From the NCBI GenBank assembly GCA_000004985.1, contig GG738877.1: 64,000 bases of DNA. One strand, given 5' to 3'. Below are positions 20,594 through 32,423 of this stretch, in pieces; position 1 is the stretch's first letter; each line of letters opens with the position of its first letter. Source of the DNA: Naegleria gruberi (Eukaryota). The position numbers were made by a program, and so were the translations under genes. The notes under the pieces are model-generated. The model was not told the origin of the DNA, searched no databases, and saw only the letters and a program-made list of their open reading frames with translations.

Positions 20594-23232
20594 ATGAATG
20601 AAAACAAAATTTCCCTCCCACACATACAATTTTCATTCCCTGAGCTCTCATCATCGATAGCTCCATCTGTTTCTGAAGTATCACTAACAGAAATCCAAAA
20701 GAATGCTCAGGTATGTAATTTTTAAAATCGTTTTGTATTAAGAATTGTATTATAAATCATACATGATTAAAATATAGAAAAAAGGACAATTATTGGAGAG
20801 GTATCTAGTGGATGAAAATTTAGGAGAAGTCGAACGAGCTGTTCTTCTTCTTTCATCAGGTACTTCTGTACAAAAATGTTCCGTACTCGAAAATCTTCCC
20901 TCTCTTTTTCAAAGACAACAACAAGCTGTTTCGCGAATAATACTTCTCTTTTCTGTAGGTTTTTAGTTGCGATTATTGCTTAATGTTTGTAATAGGATAA
21001 AATCAACAAAGAGGATGAGGATACACAAATTATGATTGGAGATTATCTTGTTCCTTGCTTTCCTTTGATGTCTGGAGAAAATTTGAAAGAGCTGTTCCCT
21101 CTTCTCCAATCAATGATTAATAACGCTAAGGATCATGTATCTTCTGTTTTTCAAGATGTTTTAATTCTTGCAGTAGAACATATCCCTATTGGGTTATTGG
21201 AAAATGAAATCATACCTTTTGCTATTCAGAAGGGTAGTCTCTCGGAGTCTGAACAGAATAGATGTTTTTGTGTCAGATTGTTTGGAGCCTTGTCCAAGAG
21301 GTTTACATTCCAAACAATTAAGGATCATTATCTCCAAAAAATCATTGATTTATGTCAAGATACATCCTTCTCTGTGAGGAAAACAATGGCCATAGAGATT
21401 CTAAATATTTCTAAAGGGCTGGGGTAAGTTTATTTACATGCTTTTGTTATTTATTGTAATTTATTCCAGACCAGAGAAAACAAAACAATACTTGTTATTA
21501 GAACTTATTCAATTAGTTAAGGACGAGACAAAATTAGTGAGACAAGCTGCTATAGAAACACTAACCAGCCTGTTAAGCTTTTTTGATGAAAAATATAGAA
21601 TTGATTACCTTCAAAAGTTCTACATCAACTGGATTAAATCACCACCAAGTGACCTCTACAGAACATTGGTTGAGCGTTTTGGAGAAATTTTCTTCTACTT
21701 GTGTTTCAAAGATGAAGGTCATCTCTCTTATCTTATTCAGTTCTTTGTGAACGCTTCAAAAGATAACTCACAAGAAATACGAGAATTTTGTGCATTCAAC
21801 TTTCCTGCTGTTGTGAAATGTGTAGGGTCCAAAAGATACGAGAAACAGCTTCATAACTGTTTGGTAGTGTTATGTGAGGATCCTTCGTCTCAAGTTAGAA
21901 TAAGGATTGCCTCTGGATTTCATGAAATTTTAAAGTTGTTAGCAGAGGATGGAACAGCAAAAGTACTGAAGAATTTATTCTTCTCTTTGCTTTCTGTAAG
22001 TAATCTTAAAATGGAAATGTTGTAACCTTAAAAGGATGTGAACAATGAGGTCAAGGACAAGATTGTACAAAACCTTACAACTATTTTAACATGCTTCAAG
22101 ACTGCTCTTGCTAAAACATCAGAACCATTTTTTGGTTTAGTAATCACTCACATCAACAAGTATCATAGTGGTGTTCAAAACAACTGGAGAAGATTGGAAA
22201 ACTACTTTTCTCACTTCCAACACTTCCACAAATACTTTTCTAAGGAACAAATCATTGAGACATTTATTCCAATTTTGAGGAAACAAATATTTGAAGGAGT
22301 TGCCATTCCAGTTAAACTTCAAGCAGCTTTATCTCTTGTTATTTTGACAAGAGGATTACATAACTTGAGCAGACAAAAGGACATTTTCAACTCATTGATT
22401 AAGGAGTTGGTAAACAGCAAATCATGGTGTAACAGAATGATGTTTTTCGATTTATGTCACCCTATTATGGAACATTTCAGTAGAAAATTCTCAAAAGAAA
22501 TACTGTTTGAAAATGTTATGAAATTGGAAAAGGATAAAATTGCAAATGTTAGGAGAAGATTTTGTTTCATGCTCCCAGAGCTAAAACAAACTTTGACATT
22601 GCCAGATGATGTTATTTTATTAGCAAAAATTAAGGAAAAACTTTCGTATTTGAGTTTGGATAAGGATCGAGATGTTAAAGAAGCAGCTGTCTCGGCTAAA
22701 AACATTCTCTCAATGATTGAAACGGAAACAAACAGAGGTTTTAGACTTAATCTTCAAACACAAGATGATATCAATGATAAACGAAAGGAAAGAGAGGAAC
22801 AAGAATGGCCAGATAAGGACTTCCTAATGACCTCACCTGTTCCAGTTATCAACTCAGCAAACAACTCCCCTCCTTCGACAACAAGTGGTCCAAGAAAAAG
22901 ACCACCTGCAACAACAAGCAATTCCAAAACAAATTTGAATATTCCAACTACATCAACTACAAAAACCAAATCTCCTAGTCCTTCTCCAACACCTTCTAAT
23001 CCTGTCAAACCAACAACTAACAAGACTGTTTCCACAGTAACAATTCCAACAACCACAACACCAAAACCAACGTAAGTTTTCAAATATTCAATTTTACTTA
23101 TTAATGAACAGAGTTACAAAACCTCTCCTGAAAGACTCCTCAAAACCCAAAAGCAAATCATCCCCAACACTCGCAACATTGGGCTCATTGTCTTCAGTAA
23201 GAACTACCTCCTCTCAATCCAAGCACCAATAA
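20594..23232 (+). CDS. HEAT-repeat protein of the PP2A A-subunit / PPP4R4 type (phosphatase scaffold-like), with a C-terminal S/T/P-rich mucin-like tail. At least 5 exons.
   Basis: Exon 1 is 20594-20710, followed by an intron at 20711-20777. Exon 2 is 20778 to about 20955, followed by an intron at 20956-20996. Exon 3 is 20997-21423, followed by a 46-nt intron at 21424-21469. Exon 4 is 21470-21995, followed by a 39-nt intron at 21996-22034. Exon 5 is 22035 to about 23075. A possible final 40-nt intron at 23071-23110 would move the stop to 23232. Recurrent HEAT signatures are present (VRQAAIETL, VRIRIASGF, VRRRFCFMLPEL). Confidence 0.6.
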
Positions 23233-23281
23233 ATATCCAATTAAGAACTAATCCAACAAATCACAAAACCTTCACAAAAAA

Positions 23282-25765
23282 ATGCCAGCACAAGAAAAGA
23301 AGAAAGTATCCGTCATCCAACAAGCACTTACCAGTGATCGGAAAATAAAGATTGATGATCAGGTAGGACAAAAAAGAATGGACATGTTGAAGCAACATTT
23401 GAATCCAGTGCTAACAACACCAACTCCACAACAGAAAAAAGAAGCAAAAGATACCAAACCACCAACTGTTGCTCCAACAAAATCTTCTGAAAAAGTTGCT
23501 GTCAAACCATCCGAAACATTTCCTTTCAATGAATTTTCAAAATTTATTTCACCATTCACCCCAAAGGAGGAAAAATCATACTTAAGAGTGATTCAAGCAA
23601 TGAAAGACAGACCCGACCTCTTTGCTGCACCTGATTTGGACATGCCAAGAATTGAACAAATGGATTATAATTATGAGAGAGTAGGTTTAAATATAATATA
23701 TAATTTAAATAGTTTATCATGAAAATGCAAATTCAAATGGGTGAATATTTTAGTTGAAATATCTAGTATTGGAAAAGAGATGTTTTTCAATTGAGACATT
23801 GGAACACGATACTGCATCATTTTTTGCTGGAGTCTTTGCTGCTGCATATTTTGATCAAGCCTTATCAACCAAAATTATGCTCCAGGTAATTATCAATGTT
23901 AATTAAATTACTGACTCGGAATAGTTTAGTTTTTGGGGAGGTACTTTATTAAGTCTTGGTACTCAAAGACATAGAAAATATTTGGAAAAAATTGACAACT
24001 TAGAATTGATGGGAAGTTAGTATGTTTTATTTCGAGTGTTTGTAATTTTCTAATAATTTTAGTGCTATTACTGAGCTTGCACACGGATCTAATGTTAAAG
24101 GAATTCAAACAACAGCTACTTATTGTAAAGAAACTGATACATTTGAAATTAACACTCCAAATAGAGAATCATGCAAATTTTGGATTGGAAACTCTAGACA
24201 TTGTCATATGTGTTTAGTATTTGCTCAACTTTATGTTGGTAATGAAAATCATGGTGTTCATTGCCTTGTAGTTCCTGTTAGAAATCCAAGCACTAATGAA
24301 ATTTATGATGGTGTAACCATTGGTGATTGTACTGTTAAGGAGGGTTTGAATAATCTCGATAACGGATTCCTTATGTTTAACAAAGTTCATGTCCCAAGAG
24401 AAAACTTGTTAAACAAGTATGGTGATGTTACACCAGAAGGTTTATATGTTAGTGAAATCAAGTCAGCCAACCAAAGATTTGGATCAATGATGTCAACTTT
24501 AACAATGGGAAGAACAACCATTTGCGTCAACTCTGCCCAAGTCCTTTCCAAAGTTTTATGTAGGTATTAGGTATTACTTTTTTATTAACCCATTTTCAGT
24601 TTTAACTTTAGGATTTTCATTTGAAAGAAGACAATTCGGTATCCCTAATCAATCAGAATATCCAGTAATTAATTTTCAATCACAAAAAACTGTATTATAT
24701 CCAATGTTGGCCAAATTCTTTGCATTTAGATTTGCCTCCAATCAAGTATTCCACTTGTACGTGAATCGTACTCCTGAAACAACTCAAAAGCTTCACATAA
24801 TGAGCGCTGGTTATAAGGCATATCTGACTGATTCCACTCAAACATGTATTGTCAAGTTGAGAGAAAAGTGTGGTGGCTTGGGCTATTCAAATCTTAATAG
24901 AATTGGACAAGCTATTTGTAATCACGATATTTACAAGACTTTTGAAGGTGATAATACTGTTCTATTGGTAAGTTTTCAATATATTCTTTTATTTTAACAT
25001 TATAAATAGCAAGAAGTATCCAAATATCTCCTTGGTAATTATAACAAGGTAATGGGCGAGAAATACTCAAGCGTTTTCTCCTCAGTTGGTTATTACTTAT
25101 TAGACTCCTTGAATGATAATGTAAAATCAAGACAATTGAAAAACTCAACCAATTTGCTTGATCCAAACTTTTACTTGTCATTATTCGACGTCAAACTTGA
25201 AAAGCAAGTTCAATCTGCTGCTCTCAGATTTAGAAATATTCTAAATGAACTCAATCTTTCCACTAAAGATAATATTCCAAAGGAGCAAAAGAAGGCACTC
25301 AATCATTTCAATGCCTGGAATATGGTACAAAATCAATTGTTGGATGCAGCAACAGCCTACATTGAAAATGAACTTTTAGCATTATTCCACAGCAAAGTTG
25401 AGGAATGCAAGAATCCAACAATCAAGAAGGTTTTAACCAAACAACTCAATTTATTCGTTGTTGATTTATTGGAAAAGAATATGACATACTTTTTAACTCA
25501 TCAATTAATTACACCAGAAGTTGGAAAACAATTGGTCAAGGAGAAATCCAAGCTTATTGACTCAATTGATTATGTTGAACTTTTGAATATTGTTAAGGCA
25601 GTTATCGATCAAGACTCAATCCCTGTCCCAATTTGTAATAATGAAGGATTAGTCAGTGGTAAAGTATCATCTGATCCATCTCCAATCTACTCTTCCATGC
25701 TCAAGGCTGCTCTCTCCAATAAGCAATTATTTGGTAATGCTTCTGCTGAAAAACTTGGTCTTTAA
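23282..25765 (+). CDS. Acyl-CoA oxidase (peroxisomal ACOX family). Multi-exon gene with at least 6 exons and a roughly 100-aa K/P/T-rich N-terminal extension.
   Basis: Exons at about 24062-24570, 24612-24968 and 25011-25765 carry the conserved blocks TELAHGSNVKGIQTTATY, KFWIGN, HGVHCLVVPVR and FEGDNTVLL, plus the ACOX C-terminal helical domain. The first exon is 23282 to about 23688. One or two short exons between 23700 and 24060 are not fully resolved. Confidence 0.8.
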
Positions 25766-25817
25766 AGAATTTTCCCAAAGCAAATAGATTTTACAAACAT
25801 TAACTCGAAAATATTTA

Positions 25818-28800
25818 TTAATATAAAAACTCATAAGAAAGATAAAGCTTTCCTTTAACTTTTTCAATTTCCTTTGGCTTCTTTTGGATTAGCAGATTTG
25901 GTTTGAGTGGATATGAAACCTCTGTACCATCAACAATGTCCTTCATATTTACAGACACTAATCCCATATAATTATCTTTTGAAATAGATTCCTTATCGTA
26001 CATATGGAATGCCAAAACTCTTGTGTCAGCTTTAATATCTCCAATCAATTTTCTAATAGATTTGATTAATTAAATAACAAAAAATAACAAACATACATCA
26101 TGAAACTTTGATTCCACACAGGATTCAAACATTTCTTAATTGGATCTGTAATAAATAAACTTGTTTTCTTCTTATTGACTTCTTTCTTTCCATCATCAAA
26201 TTTGGCTACAACATATGGATCAGAACTATATTGTGATTAGTAATTTGATTATTTGAAATACTTACTGTTTGTCATTATTGTGAGCAGGTAGATCTACTGC
26301 CTTAATAATCTTGACCATTAAATGCTTTGGTGGTTCAGGAAGCAAACAATTAAAGTCTTGCATATTTACCTTGCATAATGCTTGTGAATTAATCATTCTC
26401 GTACCAACATCCTTCATAACAGACAATACTGACAAGACATCTCCAACCTTTGCCCATCCACATTTGGAAGGATCAATTACTACTCTAAACTTTTCACCTC
26501 CAACAATTTGATCAAAATATTTCAAAACAATTATTTCACCAGGTGGAGGAACTGCAGTCAACTCAAAATTAATAACAATACCAAGCATTTGTGTTTGAAT
26601 ATCATAATCCTTATAACTAACTTCAAATCTAGAATTTTCACCTGCATAAGTAAATCTCTTTTGACTTGTAATAATTTCAACACAAAGCGGATTACCATAT
26701 CTACAATTTTGTTCAGTCAATTCAATTGCACTATTGACTGTCAAAACCTGAAGCTTTGGTTTGTATTGAATCTTTGATGCTTCAACTGCCATAACAGAAG
26801 TGACAATATCCTTATAGATATCATCAACAAATGGTGTAGAAACTGTTTCTTTTGGTGCTAAAACTCTGGCAGCAGGTCTCAAACGAATATAATCAGATAA
26901 CATTTCCTTTCTGATCTTTTCAATCCAGTTGGTTTCTCTGTTAAAATCTGCTCTCAATGGCACTACTTTCCACAAATCTGATTTGATATCTACCTTCTCC
27001 AATTTAATCATGAGCATATCAGTTTCGAATGATGGTTTAATCACTGTTTTGTCCTTAATCTTTTTGAGAGCTTCCTGTTGATCATTCAAACTCAAATCTT
27101 GAACAGTGACAGCAAATAAATCTTGATTCTTCTCCTCATCGTAAACAATAAAACGATGAGTTTCATCAACAATGGAATTAATAAATCCTTGAGAAAGTGT
27201 TCTTGGTCTAGTTTCATCCTCAAAATCACAATCATAATATGGTTTTGGTTCACCTCTGATAGTTGTTTCAGGTAATCTCAATGAAATTTTGATGAACAAT
27301 GTCTTGAGAGATGGGAAATTAGCAACCTGATCCTTCAACGCAAGTTCAAAGGCAGTATTATACTTATTTTTTGCCTGTTTGGCAGTTTCATGGTATACAT
27401 GATAGCCATACTTATCAAAATAACATAAATCCATTGTAATGAATGGTTTCTTTGAGAGTTTACGTGTGAATCCTTCATCTTCATCATCGTCATCATTCTC
27501 CACAAGATATGGAGCCAATCTTTTACCTAATCTCAATTTAACATGCAATGGTTTTTGAGTAGAAAATTCAACTGTTGTACTCATATTAGCAGAGGCATTG
27601 GAAAGGAGTGGACAAGTATCAACAGTATCAATTAGAGGAGAGACAACTGGCATATGTCTGACAGCATACTTGTAAGCACCCAAGTGACCAGACTGATCAG
27701 TGTACTGATCCATGTTATAGAGCTCCCATCTATGAGGACCATTATTCACTCTTGGCAATCTCTTTAAAACACCCCAAATCAAACAGCATTCAGTACCTGG
27801 AGAAGCAAAAAGAGAAGAAACAAGTTCCTTCTTTTCATTGTAAACTTTCATAACACTATCTCTAACTCTGATGAAATTAGTTTCAGAATTACCTTGGAAA
27901 ACTGAAACGAATAAAATCTTATCAATTCCATCAGGAACATGATTCAAATCAACAGAGAATGTACAATCAGATTTTGAATGAGTCTTTCCAACAATGACTG
28001 GTTTTTCACATGCTGGATTGAAAATAGGTTCTCCAATATGATTCATTACATAATTACCCTTATCCAAACAAGCTGCTTTTGAACTAATACTAAACTTTTT
28101 ACCAACCAAAGTATGTGAAATTTCAAAGTAAAAGTATTTAACTCCACTATTATGATGAGTTCCTTCCAAAACAACTGAATTATTCTTCTTTAATTCAAAG
28201 TATTTGTATGGTGAATGAACTAAATCATCATTTTGAGTTGGGAAAACATCTAAATTCAATTAAAAATATCAATTAATGAATCATTTGAATAATTGGAGAA
28301 CATACTTTTAGGAATTTGATCATGAATCAATCCTGTTTTGTAACATTCCATAATTGAACTTGTTTGATTTCCCAAATTCAATCCCAAAGGAGTAAATTGA
28401 CAAGTTTGTGAAGTGCTATCCATCCACAACATACTTGATAAGTAAATAACACGATTATTCTTAAATTTTGTAAGAGTGTTATATGAAAATGTGAATTTGC
28501 AATCTGATTTGAATTCTGTCTTGACATTCTTAGGTACATTATCACCATAAACATATTTTCCCCATTCAACAATTAAATTTGATTGAGGGCTGATAGCTTT
28601 ACTCAAATCACCTTCAACAAAAAAGATAAAACACTTTGCTTTACCTCTATATGTCTTTAGTGGATCGGATAAAGTTGCTCCAATATCAAATTCTTCATCA
28701 TCCATTGCTTGTTGTTTAAAAACTTCCATTTCATGAGCCACATCTAATTTACTTGCATTGAATGCTTCAATATAATTCATTCCTTTCAATGATTGTTTAT

Positions 28801-29380
28801 GAAAGTCTTTGAGAAATAGTTTAAATGGAACATCAAGTAATTCTTTTGGATTTGTAAATAATTGAGAGAGTGTTGGTTTGATGAGAAAGGATTGACTATA
28901 TTCTCCATCATTTTCTGTATGATTAGATGATTTCAATGATATGGTTTTGTGATAATTTGATAATTGATAAAGAGGTCCACTATGATCATCAAATATAACT
29001 ATTCAATTTTGAGAGTTTAGAATAAATATTTAGTTAGTCACACCATTCAACAGTTTAGAATGTGGTTGATTTTGTTGATATTTCATACAATATATAGTAA
29101 TAATAATATTATTTAATCATGTTGATGATGAAATGTTGTTTTTTGTAGACAGGTGATGAAATATTTGAATGTTTGTTCGTTAAAATTTCAATTATTATGA
29201 TGCAAGCACATTAAACAACATACCATCTGTTACAAAACCCAATTCATTCAATTGGATACATCCAAATCTAACATGTTCATTCTTTGGTGTGTTATTCTTA
29301 CTGAAGGTAAATTGAATTTCCAAAGCATCATTAGGAGGGAGAGCAACTGATGATGAATTGCTATCACCGAGGTGAGACAT
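25818..29380 (-). CDS. About 1030-aa multi-exon protein with beta-rich N-terminal and central regions and a C-terminal C2 domain. Function unknown.
   Basis: Exon 1 is 29380 to about 29222 (ATG at 29380), followed by an intron of about 215 nt. Exon 2 is about 29003 to 28306. A 56-nt phase-1 intron at 28305-28250 joins track ORFs 28256-28936 and 26262-28259. The next exon is 28249-26266, followed by a 40-nt intron at 26265-26226. The C2 domain (SDPYVVAKFDDGKKEVNKKKTSLFITDPIKKCLNPVWNQSF...) is split by one further intron before the final exon 26048-25818. Confidence 0.6.
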
Positions 29381-29615
29381 TTTATTTGGGAATTTTGTTT
29401 GTACTGAAACAGAGCTGCAGGTAAGGATTGATTGCTGACATGATGCAGTGAATCATTCTTCAGTGATGAAGAATATTTGTCCTTCTTTGCCTATTCGATA
29501 CACGTAATAAATGAAGTAAGGAACAAGCAGTGATTGCTAATCGTTGAAGTTCTCTCCAGAGCAGTGCAGTGCACATGGGTGAGTATTATCATGCTAAATA
29601 GTAGTAATCAATCAA

Positions 29616-30131
29616 TTATTTACTTTTAATTGATTTTTCACAGACAGCCATTGCTTCATGAAGGGTTTTAAATGTTGGAAAACCACATGCCAATGCATGG
29701 AGAGCGTAGGACCACTGAACGGAGGCATCTCTCACCTCCATTGCATTGTATTCCTTCTCCATCTTGTTGAAAAACTTTTCAATCTGAACATAACAAACAA
29801 TAGACTCGATAACATGAAGGGAAATAGCAATGTACCAAATCCAGACCAAATAGATCTGCTGGCTAGCCAATACGGAGAAGAGAGAAGGTAATATTGGGAA
29901 TTGATTCAAGTCGTGATGAAAGGCAACAATCGTATGAAAAATCATTCCAAACACCAAGAGTAAACACAATGGAATTTGACCAAAATTAAATTGTAAGGTT
30001 ACTGATGGTTGTATCGATGCGGATGATGAAGATGTTATAACATCTGGAGTGTTCGATTTGTTCATTGTTGTGGATGAAGAAGTTGATGGTTTAATCTTCT
30101 TCTCATCACTCACGTCTTCAAATCTAACCAT
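29616..30131 (-). CDS. 171-aa small membrane protein with 2-3 predicted TM helices and an S/T-rich N-terminus. Uncharacterised.
   Basis: Intronless ORF with ATG at 30131. Hydrophobic segments are IPLCLLLVFGMIFHTIVAF and IYLVWIWYIAISLHVIESIV. It fits neatly in the gap between two genes. Confidence 0.4.
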   Translation of the reverse strand: MVRFEDVSDEKKIKPSTSSSTTMNKSNTPDVITSSSSASIQPSVTLQFNFGQIPLCLLLVFGMIFHTIVAFHHDLNQFPILPSLFSVLASQQIYLVWIWYIAISLHVIESIVCYVQIEKFFNKMEKEYNAMEVRDASVQWSYALHALACGFPTFKTLHEAMAVCEKSIKSK

Positions 30132-30213
30132 TTTTTTATTTTAAAATATTTTTTTAAATCTAAAATTGTAACGGTAACTCAATTTTGGTGGTAATTCGAA
30201 ATTAAAGATAGAA

Positions 30214-32250
30214 TTATTTATTCATGTAGGTGTTGACTTGTTCTGTGATGGAATTCAAATCTAAGCCTAATAGGGTGGCAATTTTCTGACCGATATCAGT
30301 ATTTTCTTGATTTCCATTGAAGAGAGTTGAAGAAGGTCCATAACTGTAAACATTCACATCGACTGCAGTGTGACCACGAGTGGTAAATCCAATTCTAGCT
30401 CTTCTATTAATGACTTCATCAATGGCAAATAAGAATGGTGTTCTAATTGTTTGCATAATGTTAAATTCATCCATTGTAAGATCTGGAATACCATATGTAT
30501 TCAAAATTGAGGCAACTTGAGCAAAGTCAGTAGTGTTAGTAATTTTAGAGGCAATATATTCAGTTGACTTGGTAACTGCTCTAATCTTTTCAGTGTAGAA
30601 AATATATTGGTTAACATAATCGACATCTCTATTAATTGTTACACCTCCAGTTTCATGATCAGCAGTTGAAACAACTAAGGTATCTGGATTTTCCTTAATA
30701 TAATCCATTACATATTGGAATGCTTCATTATATTCGGTAACTTCTTGCCACTGACAGGAAATATCATTGGCATGGGCACTTTATGAATTATTAGTAAATA
30801 TTGAGAGTTGAATAACATACCAATGGTCAATTCTTGATCCTTCGACCATGAGGAAGAAACCACGATTCTTTTCAGTGCTTTCCTTTGTAATAAGTTGGAG
30901 TGCCTTCTTGGTCATTTCTGTAAGAGTTGGTTCCTTTTCAATTTCTTCATCATCTCTATCAATATTACTATTAATTTCCAACTTTTAATGAGAAAAGAAA
31001 TCATTAAATAACACATACTATTTCATTTCTTCCAAAGCAAATAATCCAAGAATTGGTAATTTTTCAATCTTGCTCAATTCATTTCTATTTTCAACATATT
31101 GATATCCAAGATCTTTGGCTGTCTATGAAAATTATTAAATTATTTAAAGATTTTTGAAAACTCACAGAAATGACGTCTGTTGAATCTTTTCTTTGACTTC
31201 CATCTGATTCCTTTGGTAAAAAGTATGCTCTGCCACCTCCCATCAATAAATCAACACCATATTTCTTAGTAGAGGTTCCAAAAATGTCAGATAACTGTTT
31301 AATTTGTTGGAAGGCAATGGTATCTTGTTTGTTTCTATGATCAACGTGTGCAGAAAATGCAGCTGGAGTAGCATCTGTCACAGGATTAGTAGCTACAAGT
31401 CCAGTAACCATTCCCTTCTTAATAGCAGCTTCCAACAATGTTCCACATCTAATTCCAATTCAATTCCAATTGATCAAATCAATAAACTTACGGTTTCTTA
31501 TTCTTATCAACTCCAATTGCATTATTGTAGGTCTTTTGTGCACATGAGAATGCAGTTGCTCCAGCAGCACTATTCAATCATTTCAATAAGAAGAAGATTC
31601 AATAAATATCCACAGAATTTTTCCACAATACACACATGAGCATTAGTAGGTCTATACTTACCTATCAGTGACATCAGAGGAGGATGAGTAAGTTTTTGAA
31701 GACCCAACCAAATACTTGTCCAATGCAAGTGTTGTGATTTTAGATGCTGAATTCTTCATCATGTATCGAGCAAAACTTTGGGCAGCAGGACCGAAACCAT
31801 CTGATAGTAGAATAAATTAATAGTATTGTGATGGATAATGAAAAAGTAGTTAGTACTAACCTCCAATCATGACTATCAGATAAATAGATAGTATTATTAT
31901 AATTATTATTGAAAATGATCATTAAACAGTTCAATCACAATGAATTATCATTATTCACAAACTTACAAATAATATTCCTTGGTTTTTGAGTAGTGTCAAC
32001 AGATGATCCCGATTTAAATTGTAGACCAATAAGAACAATATTCAAACTATTTGTATCAATTAACAATTAATGGATCAATTAGAGAATATAATGATTGTGG
32101 ATAATACATACATTATGGACAAGACAAGAATTGTGACAGAACCAATCAACCAATAGATGAGGAAACTTCTCTTTGGTGAGGAGGTCATGCCAGAATTCGA
32201 TCCATCTCTGTGATGATGGTCACTGTGATCTAACTCGTCACTGTACATTT
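30214..32250 (-). CDS. Alkaline phosphatase with an N-terminal signal anchor (type II membrane topology). Multi-exon gene with about 8 exons.
   Basis: N-terminus MYSDELDHSDHHHRDGSNSG-MTSSPKRSFLIYWLIGSVTILVLSIM with ATG at 32250. Conserved AP blocks GLVATNPVTDATPAAFSAHV, FLMVEGSRIDH|AHAND (split by a 41-nt intron), STADHETGG and GHTAVDVNVYSYG lie in successive minus-strand exons at 31091-31438, 30781-30981 and 30214-30779. Further 5' exons are at 31440-32250. Introns are 40-100 nt. Confidence 0.8.
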
Positions 32251-32423
32251 TTTTTCTAATTATGTGAAATTAGAGGTCGACACCTCAAAATAAAGATTTT
32301 GTGAAGAGTTCACTATGAATTAACTTTTGTATTGTGTTCTTTGTGTGATTTGAAACTCTGATTTTGTGGTCTTATTAATCTGTTTATTTTACAAATAATT
32401 AAAACAAATTAAAAAGGGATTGT

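Noticed and set aside
22754-23083. 109-aa minus ORF rich in V/G/L opposite the S/T/P-rich tail of the HEAT-repeat gene
   Set aside because: It is the mirror image of a proline/threonine-rich repeat. It has no independent support.
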